A stretch of DNA of 43,865 nucleotides, from the sequence record DRR723986_7372. The stretch is one strand, 5' to 3'. The position numbers and the translations under genes are program-made. The notes under the pieces are model-generated. The model did no database searches and was not told the origin of the DNA. It was given only the letters and a program-made list of their open reading frames with translations. Positions within the stretch are counted from its first letter, which is position 1. Each line of letters opens with the position of its first letter. This document shows positions 18,907 to 28,024 of this stretch, in pieces.

Positions 18907-19770
18907 TCAGGCTGCATTGCCCACCGGGGTGTCGTTGGTACCCAGGCGCGCCATCACTTCCTTTCGGTAGCGGTTCAAGTCTTGTACCGATTCAAATGTG
19001 CGTTCAAACAGCAGGCTCATGTTGTGCAAAATGCGGTCAACCACCTTCTTTTCCCAATCGGCATCGAAGCGAATCTGGCCATCCAGCCAGTTTTCAAGCC
19101 AATCTGGATCGGGCAGTCGACTTTGCACGGTGTCGTTTGGAAACAGGTCTTTGTTCACGTGCAAATTGGTGGGATGCAGGGGCTTTTGGGTGCGGCGGGC
19201 TGACGCCATGAGCACGCCAATTTTGCTGAAAGCAGCACGTGCACCATCACCCACTTCAACCAATGCTTTTTTCATGTAACGCAGGTAAGCACCACCGTGG
19301 CGTGCTTCATCATGCGAAATGATTTTGTAAATTTGTTTGATGACAGGCTCAGTGTGCCAATCGGAGGCGCAACGGTACCAGTGGTTCAGCCGAATTTCAC
19401 CGCAAAAATGCAGCATCAGTGTTTCCAGGGGGGGTGCCGGATCGAATTCAAAGCGAACGGCATGCAATTCTTCTTCGGTGGGCAGCAAGTCGGGGCGGAA
19501 ACGGCGCAGATACTCCATCAACACCAGTGAGTGCTTTTGCTCTTCAAAAAACCAGATGGACATGAAGGCCGAGAAGTCACTGTCGTGTTTGTTGTCACGC
19601 AAGAACATTTCCGTGGCAGGCAAGGCAGACCACTCGGTAATGGCGTTCATTTTGATGGTTTGGGCCTGTTCTTCAGACAACTTGGAGGCGTCAAACTGGT
19701 CCCAGTTGATGTCTTTTTCCATGTTCCAACGAACGGATTCCAATGACCTGAATAACTCTGGATACAACAT
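18907..19770 (-). CDS. Ferritin-like diiron protein (acyl-ACP desaturase-like)
   Basis: Diiron ligand pattern ITE...WFFEEQKH...CGE...DEARH. Confidence 0.8.
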   Translation of the reverse strand: MLYPELFRSLESVRWNMEKDINWDQFDASKLSEEQAQTIKMNAITEWSALPATEMFLRDNKHDSDFSAFMSIWFFEEQKHSLVLMEYLRRFRPDLLPTEEELHAVRFEFDPAPPLETLMLHFCGEIRLNHWYRCASDWHTEPVIKQIYKIISHDEARHGGAYLRYMKKALVEVGDGARAAFSKIGVLMASARRTQKPLHPTNLHVNKDLFPNDTVQSRLPDPDWLENWLDGQIRFDADWEKKVVDRILHNMSLLFERTFESVQDLNRYRKEVMARLGTNDTPVGNAA

Positions 19771-19806
19771 GTTGCTCCACCTTCACTGAATAGATTTAAC
19801 TTTGTG

Positions 19807-19815
19807 ATTTTAACA
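19807..19815 (-). promoter_or_regulatory. Putative extended -10 element (TGTTAAAAT) for the ferritin-like/rfaE2 pair
   Basis: TG-N-TAAAAT on the minus strand, ~37 nt upstream of the ATG at 19770. Confidence 0.4.
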
Positions 19816-19903
19816 AGACATGTCATGAAGCGCATGAAGATTTGGTGACACAAGGCATTTATGTGCACATGTGTACGCCGAATCCTTCCTGATTCAGGCT
19901 CTT

Positions 19904-20392
19904 TTAGCCGGCCTGCTTTTTCAACCAGCGCATCAGTCCTCCCAGCACCGGGATCTTTTCATACAGCTCTTCAGCCGTGTCCCAATAGTCCCTATGTGAC
20001 TGAACAAGCCCGTTTTGGTTCAATTGCAGGTGAGATGAGCCTTTGATGCACTGCACTTGCCCCACTTTGAAACGTTTCATCTCGAACAGAAAGTCCCAAG
20101 CCATGAATACCTGTTGACCCGATTGAAATGCGGTGTGCACCACAAAGCGAGGGTTGTTGACCTGATGGAACATCTCGCCAAAGATTCGCGCGATGTCCTC
20201 CACCCGGTTTACTTCATTGAACGGGTCTTTGAAGTAAGCGTTGTCTGCATAAAACCTGGGCATGTCGGCTACGGTGTGCTCGGTCAGGTGCTCAAAAAAA
20301 TCGATTAGTCTGCGCAAAGGTTCAGACAATTGCTGACGATCCAGCGGTGCAAGGCCGCCTGTTTTCCCGGTGCTGTTACTTGCTTTGTTCAT
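19904..20392 (-). CDS. NTF2/SnoaL-like family protein
   Basis: 'YADNAYFKDPFNEV', 'HRDYWDTAEELYEKIPVLG'. Confidence 0.88.
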   Translation of the reverse strand: MNKASNSTGKTGGLAPLDRQQLSEPLRRLIDFFEHLTEHTVADMPRFYADNAYFKDPFNEVNRVEDIARIFGEMFHQVNNPRFVVHTAFQSGQQVFMAWDFLFEMKRFKVGQVQCIKGSSHLQLNQNGLVQSHRDYWDTAEELYEKIPVLGGLMRWLKKQAG

Positions 20393-21185
20393 GGCCCAGT
20401 TCCGCTTTGTTTTTGTTGGCGGTCAGTTTTCGCACTGCAGCAAAGTACAGTGAATAAGGCAGTATGCGCAGGGTGCGCAGGGTGCGCGTGAATGCCTTGG
20501 GGAAATGGATTTCAAACTCTCCCTTCTCAAGGCCTGTAATAATTTCCTGCGCCGCTTTTTCTGCGGTGATTAAAAACGGCATTGGAAAAGTGTTTTTGCG
20601 GGTCAGCGGAGTGTCCACAAAGCCTGGGTTGACGACACTGACGCCCACATGGTGAGGCTGTAACTCCACATGCAAGGCCTCGGCCAGGTTGATCAATGCT
20701 GCTTTGGTAGGGCCATAGGCCAGTGAATTTGGTAAACCTCGATACCCTGCCACGCTTGACACAATCGCCAGGTGGCCTGACTTTTGTTCAAGCAGCTTGG
20801 GCAGTGTGTTGGCCAGTACATACATGGTGCCGTTCAGGTTGACATCAATTTGTTGTTTGACCTTGTCAATGTCGAATTCAGCAACTGACATTTCCGAGTA
20901 GGTGCCCGCCATCAACACAATCAAATCCACGCCACCCCATGCGGCGATTACATTGTCGAAGGCGGTTTTCACCGCCGCTTGTTGGGTAATGTCCAAGGGC
21001 AGCGCTGTGGCATGTTGTAACTCGCCAGCCAGGGTGGTCAGTTTGTCTGCACTGCGAGCCGACAACATTTGCTTGCAGCCCAGTTGGTCCAACTGGCGTG
21101 CCAAGGCTTCACCAATGCCGGTGGATGCGCCCACCAGCCACACCCGTTTGTTTTGCCACTGGGTCAGTTTCGGGTTAAAGCTCAT
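20376..21185 (-). CDS. Short-chain dehydrogenase/reductase
   Basis: GASTGIG, VSSVAG, catalytic YGPTK, NPGFVDTPLT. Confidence 0.92.
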   Translation of the reverse strand: MSFNPKLTQWQNKRVWLVGASTGIGEALARQLDQLGCKQMLSARSADKLTTLAGELQHATALPLDITQQAAVKTAFDNVIAAWGGVDLIVLMAGTYSEMSVAEFDIDKVKQQIDVNLNGTMYVLANTLPKLLEQKSGHLAIVSSVAGYRGLPNSLAYGPTKAALINLAEALHVELQPHHVGVSVVNPGFVDTPLTRKNTFPMPFLITAEKAAQEIITGLEKGEFEIHFPKAFTRTLRTLRILPYSLYFAAVRKLTANKNKAELGHEQSK

Positions 21186-21197
21186 GCGGGTTCCTTC

Positions 21198-21752
21198 CTA
21201 ATCTCGTTTGCGAAAGCTCAACAGAACTTCGCCCAATTCAATCCCGAATTTACTCATGGTGGCACGGTTGAGCATCACCTTGTCATCCATCTGGTACATC
21301 CAATCGTCAAATTGCACTTCGTAGGTCGTACCATCCACTGGCAGCAGCATGGTGTACTTCCATTGAAATGCATTGCCAGAGGTTTCGCCATAGGCTTGGC
21401 CAAGCACATCACCTGCGGTCCCCGTGTATTTGTTGCCATCCTTTTTCAGGGTCCAGACACGCTTTTGAGTGGTGCCATCGGAATAAGTAAAGTCCTCGTC
21501 CAGTACACCAGTGTTGCCATCCCATGTGCACTTCATGACCACAGTGAAGCGCTTGACCACTTTGCCCGATCGGTCTTGAAACACTCCCCAGGCATCGATG
21601 GTGCCATTGAAATACTCTTTCAAATCCAGCACCGGTTTTTCCTGTGCGTAGTCGGCTGGTTGCGGGCTCGCGCAGGCAGTTAAAACCAGCGCACCTGCCA
21701 GTGCGAGGAATGCCATTTGCAGTTTGCGTGTCCAGTGTTTTGTTTCAATCAT
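21198..21752 (-). CDS. DUF3833 lipoprotein
   Basis: Lipobox LTAC; 'LDLKEYFNG..AWGVFQDRSG', 'LDEDFTYSDG', 'FDDWMY', 'KFGIELG'. Confidence 0.88.
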   Translation of the reverse strand: MIETKHWTRKLQMAFLALAGALVLTACASPQPADYAQEKPVLDLKEYFNGTIDAWGVFQDRSGKVVKRFTVVMKCTWDGNTGVLDEDFTYSDGTTQKRVWTLKKDGNKYTGTAGDVLGQAYGETSGNAFQWKYTMLLPVDGTTYEVQFDDWMYQMDDKVMLNRATMSKFGIELGEVLLSFRKRD

Positions 21753-23152
21753 GCTGTACTCCCAATCGCGGTGTTACTTGTGTTTCGGTTCAGGCTGGCC
21801 AGGCCGCTGCGGCCCAGCAATACGATGGCCAGCAGTTTCAGGCCGCAGGGCACCAAGGCGTAAACCCACAGCAGCGGGTCGTTGGCCAGTTGTTGCAGCA
21901 AACCCATGCTTTGGTAAGACTCGGTCTTTGCCATGTCTGCTGAATAGCTGAACCACTGCAATGTACCCAGCGCAAAGCTGGGTGCCAGTGCCAGGTTGAA
22001 TTTATTCACCCAGTTCCAAAGCCCAAAGTAAGTGCCTTCTGTTTTGCCTCGTTCGCCGTTTTCCTCAATCAGCCGGGCCACCAGAGCCGCCGGCAGCGAC
22101 AAATCAGCGCCCAGCGCGAAACCAGTCACAATACAGACAAACAGATAGCCAGCCAGATCGCCTTCACCCAGCACAATCACAATGATGAAGGCAGGTATGG
22201 ATAACACCATTCCCCACAGCCATGAACGCGCCAAACCAATTTTGCTGGCCAACCACACCCAGAATACTGTGGAAGCTGCGCCTACCAAAAAGTACACGGC
22301 AAGCACCCATTGATCAGAATCGCCCAGCCCCAGGCGGTCGCGCATATAAAAAGGCACCAGAGTGGCTGGTAGTGCCGCTGCCAGGCCGTTGCACAAAAAG
22401 ACACCCATCAATTTTCGAAAATTTCGTTGACGCAAAGGTTGAACAATGTCAGCAAATCCTCTGCGGATCACGCTGGCCGCACCAGCTTGTACCTTGTTGA
22501 ATGTTTCGCCAAACGGGCTTGCAGCTTGCTGCGCTGTTCGGTCGGGTTTGGGGGAAAACTTCAACAGCAAAAACATGCCCAACACCAACATCACTGCGAA
22601 TACGGTGAATATCAGTCCTGCATTGGTTTCCAGTGCCAGTGACACGGCGAACACCACACCGAGAATACCTACACCTTCACGCACTGCCACATAGGTTGAG
22701 CGTTCCTTGTCGGTGTGCCCCAGTTCGGCTCCCCAAGCCTGGTAGGCGATGCTGGCGAAGCTGTAGCCAAGGTGTACCACGATCAAACTCACCATCAGGC
22801 TGGCGGCATACTCGGTGGGTGTATCGCCCACCGGGAAAAATACACCCGCCATGCCCAATAACAACAAGGGCACTGCCAGAAGCAGGGGTAGGGCATAACG
22901 ATTGCCAGGGTTGGCTGAATTTCCTTGCGAGCTTCGCCGATCAACCCACAGACCAATGGCTGGGTCCAGCACTGCATCGAGTAGGCGCGACAACAGCAAG
23001 ATGAGCCCCACCCACGCTGATGGCACTTCGTAGATGCGGGAGTACAGGTAGGGAACCTGGATATAGATGGGCACGGCCACCGCGCCCAAGGCCCAGCCCA
23101 GAAGGCCATAGTTCAGCAAATTCCTGGCGCTGGTTCGGGGCTGTTGTGTCAT
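21749..23152 (-). CDS. MFS transporter (MFS_2 / MelB-GPH-like)
   Basis: ~12 TM helices, 'RLLDAVLDPAIG', 'YQAWGAEL', 'GTYFGLW...KFNLALA'. Confidence 0.85.
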   Translation of the reverse strand: MTQQPRTSARNLLNYGLLGWALGAVAVPIYIQVPYLYSRIYEVPSAWVGLILLLSRLLDAVLDPAIGLWVDRRSSQGNSANPGNRYALPLLLAVPLLLLGMAGVFFPVGDTPTEYAASLMVSLIVVHLGYSFASIAYQAWGAELGHTDKERSTYVAVREGVGILGVVFAVSLALETNAGLIFTVFAVMLVLGMFLLLKFSPKPDRTAQQAASPFGETFNKVQAGAASVIRRGFADIVQPLRQRNFRKLMGVFLCNGLAAALPATLVPFYMRDRLGLGDSDQWVLAVYFLVGAASTVFWVWLASKIGLARSWLWGMVLSIPAFIIVIVLGEGDLAGYLFVCIVTGFALGADLSLPAALVARLIEENGERGKTEGTYFGLWNWVNKFNLALAPSFALGTLQWFSYSADMAKTESYQSMGLLQQLANDPLLWVYALVPCGLKLLAIVLLGRSGLASLNRNTSNTAIGSTA

Positions 23153-23169
23153 GTCGGCGTGGCCGCTGA

Positions 23170-23739
23170 TCAGCGCTTCAAACCAATCAATTCACGGCGC
23201 ATTTCAGGCGCAGAAGTTTTTGGATCGAGCCAAATACCCATGAATGCCTCGGCCAGTTCAGGGTCGTCCACTTTGGCCAAAGGCAGGCCGTTGCGGAAAA
23301 ACTGAATACTTTTGCCGGGAACAAACAAGGCGCTTAATGTGTGGCCTTTCTTTACATCTGGAAAAATTTCGTTGAGCTTTACCAGCCAACCCTGGCGTTG
23401 CACCTCAGTGCCCGCACCAATTTCTTCCATTTCATCGATGCTGCGTTCCGCGATGTCACTTCCATCAAAGTCGCGGGCATATTTCAGTTCGAGCCAAGAC
23501 GGATCACGTTTGTAATTGAAGCCCTCGGGATCAGCATTGGACCACAGCTGCCCGTCATACACTCGCAGACCGAACCAACGCAGGGTGCCGTACCCCATGA
23601 GTTTTGCATTTTCAATTGTTTGCGTAACCTGTTTGGGCGGCGCGTTCAAATTGCTGTTGGCCACAGCCAGGGGTGTAGTGCCCAGCAGAGCCAGACACAA
23701 CAAAGCATGTTGAATAAACTGAACCTGAAACAGCTTCAT
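23170..23739 (-). CDS. Chalcone-isomerase-like exported protein
   Basis: Signal peptide; 'G.GTLRWFGLRVYD', 'IFPDVKKG', 'AFMGIWLDPKTSAPEMRRELIG'. Confidence 0.85.
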   Translation of the reverse strand: MKLFQVQFIQHALLCLALLGTTPLAVANSNLNAPPKQVTQTIENAKLMGYGTLRWFGLRVYDGQLWSNADPEGFNYKRDPSWLELKYARDFDGSDIAERSIDEMEEIGAGTEVQRQGWLVKLNEIFPDVKKGHTLSALFVPGKSIQFFRNGLPLAKVDDPELAEAFMGIWLDPKTSAPEMRRELIGLKR

Positions 23740-24962
23740 TGGTTTTCCACCTTCTCGAGGTAAAACTGGATCACATCGGTACTTTCATATTCAAACCCTG
23801 CTTCGCAGTAGGCCAGATAAAACTCCCAGGTGCGAATAAATGGATCGTCAAAGCCCTGGTTTTTAACCTGTTCCAGTGTTTTCATGAATTGCACTCGCCA
23901 GCGGCGCAAGGTTTCAGCATAGTCTTTTCCAAACGCTTTTTCCGACACCACACGCAAACCATGCTTTTCAGCCATGGTTCTGAACTTCGCAGGTGAAGGC
24001 AACATGCCACCAGGGAAAATATACTGTTGAATGAAATCGGTGCCTTTGCGGTAGCGGTCAAACAACTCGTCCTGAATCACAATGGTTTGAATGGCAGCCT
24101 TGCCACCTTTTTTCAGCAGTCGATTCACTGACTGAAAGTAAGCAGGCCAGTATTCTTCACCGACCGCTTCAAACATTTCAATCGAGGCAATGTGGTCGAA
24201 CTGACCGCGACAATCGCGATAATCCTGCAGGCGGAAGTCGGCTTGTTCAGCAAAGCCCTGTTTTGCCAAGCGTGCTTTGGCGTAAGCCAGTTGTTCGGTT
24301 GACAATGTCAGGCCCACCAGACTCGCGCCGGCTGCGCATGCCTTCTCTGCAAAACCACCCCATCCACATCCAATTTCGAGGACTTGCTCGCCCGCCTTGG
24401 GGGCAAGGTAGTTCAGCATGGCTTGGTATTTGGCGTGCTGGGCCTGCTCGAGGCTCAAGCTGGTGTCCCCATCGAACAGCGCGCTGGAGTAGGTCATCGT
24501 GGGGTCTAGCCAGAGCTGATAAAACGGATTACCCAAGTCGTAATGGGCATGAATGTTTTTCTTGGCCTGAGCCTTGGTGTTGCGGTTCAGCAGGTGTTTG
24601 ATTTTGTAGGCGATGCTGCCCAGAAAGCTGCCATAGATGACTGTTTCAACTGCTTTGCGGTTTTCCAGAAACACGCCCAGAACGGAAGCGATGTCCTGTG
24701 TTTCCCACTCGCCAGCGATATAGGCCTCGGCAAAACCAATGTCGCCTGCTTTCAAGGCTCGTTGACAAACTGCCCACGAATTCAATTTGATTTTCGCGCT
24801 TGGCTGGTCTCCTTCTCCACCAAAAAGCAGGTGAACACCTTCGGGGGTCACAATCTCGAGGCGGCCTTTCTTGAGTTTGGTGAGTAATTTCAGGGTCCAC
24901 TGGGCCGACGAGGGGGCGTGGCTTGGCAGTTGAAACTGGGAAAAAGTAATGGCTTGAGTCAT
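23736..24962 (-). CDS. cfa: SAM-dependent fatty-acyl methyltransferase (Cfa/UfaM family)
   Basis: NIHAHYDLGN, MTYSSA, LEIGCGWG, SIEMFEAVG, YIFPGG, WEFYLAYCEAGF. Confidence 0.92.
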   Translation of the reverse strand: MTQAITFSQFQLPSHAPSSAQWTLKLLTKLKKGRLEIVTPEGVHLLFGGEGDQPSAKIKLNSWAVCQRALKAGDIGFAEAYIAGEWETQDIASVLGVFLENRKAVETVIYGSFLGSIAYKIKHLLNRNTKAQAKKNIHAHYDLGNPFYQLWLDPTMTYSSALFDGDTSLSLEQAQHAKYQAMLNYLAPKAGEQVLEIGCGWGGFAEKACAAGASLVGLTLSTEQLAYAKARLAKQGFAEQADFRLQDYRDCRGQFDHIASIEMFEAVGEEYWPAYFQSVNRLLKKGGKAAIQTIVIQDELFDRYRKGTDFIQQYIFPGGMLPSPAKFRTMAEKHGLRVVSEKAFGKDYAETLRRWRVQFMKTLEQVKNQGFDDPFIRTWEFYLAYCEAGFEYESTDVIQFYLEKVENQ

Positions 24963-25777
24963 GCTTCGAGTTCAGTCTGCGTAATTGTTTGATGGGGTGG
25001 GGCAGGCTTGCTGTGAAACTTCGCGCCTTTGAACAGAAGTTTCACTGCTTGCCAATGAATTTTTGCAATTACGGCCAATGTAAACCAACCGTATTTCAAT
25101 AAGGTTTTACACCAAAGCAGGGTGTCTGGATGCATCAGTTCTCCGCTCACGCTGGTACTGAGCTGCTGAATTGAACCTTCAAAGTAGTTGATTCGCGCCA
25201 AGGTACGCTCCGCGCTGCTGACAAACCGGAACTCATAGCGCCCCGAGACCGGGAAAAAAGGTGAGACATGAAACTCTTTTTTGGCGTGCAGTAACATGCC
25301 TTTGGTTATGGGTGCTTGACTGTCCGGGGCGTTTAGCAAGTAAAAGTGTCGCTCACCAAAGGTGTTGTTCACCTCGCACAGCACCACACGGCAGTGCTGG
25401 GCTTCATCGTGAAAATACCAAAAGCTGACTGGATTGAACACATAGCCCAATACCTTGGGAAAAGTGTGCAAATGCACATCACCTTGCAGCGCCATGCCGG
25501 TTTCCGATTCCACCTTGCTCACCAACTGACTGACAAACTCCGGAAACTTGAGTGTGTGTGCTTCGAAGCCATAATTGTGGGCTGACACGGACACCAAACC
25601 TTTGCCGTCAATCACTGGGTAAGTGTGCTTGGGAGTTGAATCCGATTGTGTCGAAAAAACAAGACGTACAAAGCAGGCGCCCGTGGAAAAGCCGTTGGCT
25701 TTGGGAAGTGCCCGATGATGTTTCACCAAGCCCCAGGCCAGTTTTACTTCGCTGAGTTGAAAACGCTTTTGCGCCAT
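24959..25777 (-). CDS. DUF1365 protein (UfaO-like)
   Basis: GYVFNPVSFWY, EVNNTFGERH, KEFHVSPFF, IHWQAVKL. True start is the ATG at 25777, overlapping the upstream TGA. Confidence 0.9.
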   Translation of the reverse strand: MAQKRFQLSEVKLAWGLVKHHRALPKANGFSTGACFVRLVFSTQSDSTPKHTYPVIDGKGLVSVSAHNYGFEAHTLKFPEFVSQLVSKVESETGMALQGDVHLHTFPKVLGYVFNPVSFWYFHDEAQHCRVVLCEVNNTFGERHFYLLNAPDSQAPITKGMLLHAKKEFHVSPFFPVSGRYEFRFVSSAERTLARINYFEGSIQQLSTSVSGELMHPDTLLWCKTLLKYGWFTLAVIAKIHWQAVKLLFKGAKFHSKPAPPHQTITQTELEA

Positions 25778-27090
25778 CAAGCCGCCTTTTGTCTGCTTTT
25801 CGTCAACTTGTCGATCAATGTGCGTGCCGCATTCAAGCCAGACGTATGGCCATCTTCGTGAAAACCATATTTCATCCACGCCCCTGCCAGGTAGACATTG
25901 TTCAGACCCTGAAGTTCGACCAGAGCCTGTTGGGCTTGAACAGCAGGCACGTCAAACACAGGGTGTGAGTAATGAATTTCCCTGAACACCTGATTTGCGT
26001 CTGGCTGGACAATCGGATTCAGCGTGACGAAGATCGGTTTTTTTACCGGCAGTGGTTGGAGGCAGTTGCTCCAATAAGTCACAGAAACACTGGGCTGGGG
26101 ATTCAATACATCACTCAAATAATTCCAGGATGACCAGGTGCTTCGGGTTTTGGGCATCAGTTTCACGTCGGTATGCAGGTATGCCACGTTGGCTTGGTAC
26201 TTGATGTGTTGTAACTGATCTTTCTGGGCCTCGTTGCCTTTGAGCATTCCCAGCGCTTCATCGCTGTGGCAGGCCAAAATTACCTGGTCAAATTCCCGCT
26301 CGCCCAGGTGCGTTTTTACAATCGGTTTCACGCCCGTAGTGGTTACCTCAAGCACTGGTGTGTTCTTGTGAACCTCATCCACGAAAGGCAATATTTTTTG
26401 TACATAATTGCGGGCACCATTTTTCACGGTGAACCATTTGGGTCTGTCATTGACTTGCAACAACCCGTGGTTGTGACAGAACTGAATGAATGTAGCCAAT
26501 GGGAAGGCCAGCATTTGTTCACTGGGGCAAGACCAAATGGCGGCAGCCATCGGAATCAGATACCAGTCGCGGAATTCTGCACTGTACTTTTCCTCGACCA
26601 GATAGTCACCCAAATGCATTTTTGCCTTGCTCTGGAATAGCGCGGCTCGCCCGGCATCAGCAACCATGGCGGTGGCCTCTTTGTTGAACCGTAAAATATC
26701 CAGCAGCATGCGGATAAAACGGGGGCGCAACAAATTGCGGCGCTGCGCGAACACTGTATTCAGGTTTGTGCCAGCCCATTCAATGTTCAACTCTGGCAAA
26801 CACACTGAAAAAGACATGTCCGATTCCACGGTCTCCACAGCGAGCTCATCGAACAAACGAATCAGATTGGGATATGTTCTTTCGTTGTAGACCAGAAATC
26901 CCGTGTCCACTGCGACTTGTGTTCCTTCAACCTCGATGTCCACCGTATTCGTATGGCCGCCAATGTAATCGTTGGCCTCAAACAAGGTGGTGTGTGCATG
27001 GTCTCGCAGTGCGTAAGCCGCCGTGAGGCCAGAGATTCCTCCGCCCACGATTGCGACTCTGGGCAATAAATCTTTTGAATTCTTGGTCAT
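25777..27090 (-). CDS. FAD-dependent oxidoreductase (UfaD-like fatty-acid desaturase)
   Basis: GGGISGL, GGHTNT, VDTGFLVYNERTYPNL, FCHNHGLL, WSSWNY, GFHEDG. Confidence 0.9.
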   Translation of the reverse strand: MTKNSKDLLPRVAIVGGGISGLTAAYALRDHAHTTLFEANDYIGGHTNTVDIEVEGTQVAVDTGFLVYNERTYPNLIRLFDELAVETVESDMSFSVCLPELNIEWAGTNLNTVFAQRRNLLRPRFIRMLLDILRFNKEATAMVADAGRAALFQSKAKMHLGDYLVEEKYSAEFRDWYLIPMAAAIWSCPSEQMLAFPLATFIQFCHNHGLLQVNDRPKWFTVKNGARNYVQKILPFVDEVHKNTPVLEVTTTGVKPIVKTHLGEREFDQVILACHSDEALGMLKGNEAQKDQLQHIKYQANVAYLHTDVKLMPKTRSTWSSWNYLSDVLNPQPSVSVTYWSNCLQPLPVKKPIFVTLNPIVQPDANQVFREIHYSHPVFDVPAVQAQQALVELQGLNNVYLAGAWMKYGFHEDGHTSGLNAARTLIDKLTKSRQKAA

Positions 27091-27164
27091 GTGTACTCAG
27101 GGTTTAAGAGAAGCAAGGGTATTCACTAACATCCTAACCTTTTATTACTGCAGTAAGTGAAACT

Positions 27165-27189
27165 GGTTCTGGCTTTTCCAGCCAGAACC
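27165..27189 (-). terminator. Intercistronic stem-loop after folE2 (weak terminator or stabilising hairpin)
   Basis: GGTTCTGGCT-TTTCC-AGCCAGAACC, a 10-bp stem with only a weak U-tract on the minus strand. Confidence 0.5.
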
Positions 27190-27199
27190 GCGTTAATGA

Positions 27200-28003
27200 T
27201 TAATTTTGTTTGCGTTTGTCTTCTTCGATCCAGGCCACTGCTGAATGGTTGTGAATCGATTCGAAGTTCTCACTCTCAATTCGATAGGCCAAAACCTTTT
27301 TGTTGGCCCGCAGGCGAATCGCGACATCACGAACCAGGTCTTCAACAAACTTGGGGTTGTCGTAGGCGCGCTCGGTCACATATTTCTCGTCTGGACGCTT
27401 CAACAAGCCCCAAAGTTCGCAAGAAGCCGATTCCTCGGCCATTCGAATCAGTTCCTCAACAGCGATGCCGTCGGCCACCAATGCGCGGATCGTAATGTGG
27501 CTGCGCTGATTGTGTGCACCATACTCGGAAATCTTCTTGGAGCAAGGGCACAGGCTGGTCACGGGTACCACCACTGTCATGAATACGTCTGTATTCGAGC
27601 CATTGTTGTCAGCTTCCAACGTGACCTCGTAGTCCAGCAGGCTAGCCACACCCGACACGGGCGCAACCTTGCGCACGAAGTAAGGAAATTTCATCGTGAT
27701 GGTGCCGGCGTTTGAATCCAGACGTTGAAGCATGTCCCTCATCATCTGTTTCATGCCAACGGGCGTCAGTGCACTTTCCTGGGTTTGCAGGATTTCGAGG
27801 AAGCGCGACATGTGTGTGCCCTTTACATCGCTGGGCAAAAACACCGACATATCAATCGTGGCCACCGAAGGCTGTGGACCTTCCAGTGTTTCCACAATGA
27901 TCGGGTGCTTGATTGATCGCACCCCCACTCGTTGAATGGCGATATTGCGTTTGTCTGCACGTGATTGTTCGTCAGGTAAAAATAGTCCGTCCGGTGCATT
28001 CAT
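27200..28003 (-). CDS. folE2: GTP cyclohydrolase IB
   Basis: [44 protein letters not shown]. Start ATG 28003 with GGAG RBS. Confidence 0.96.
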   Translation of the reverse strand: MNAPDGLFLPDEQSRADKRNIAIQRVGVRSIKHPIIVETLEGPQPSVATIDMSVFLPSDVKGTHMSRFLEILQTQESALTPVGMKQMMRDMLQRLDSNAGTITMKFPYFVRKVAPVSGVASLLDYEVTLEADNNGSNTDVFMTVVVPVTSLCPCSKKISEYGAHNQRSHITIRALVADGIAVEELIRMAEESASCELWGLLKRPDEKYVTERAYDNPKFVEDLVRDVAIRLRANKKVLAYRIESENFESIHNHSAVAWIEEDKRKQN

Positions 28004-28024
28004 GAAGAAGCGCTCCAATAATAA

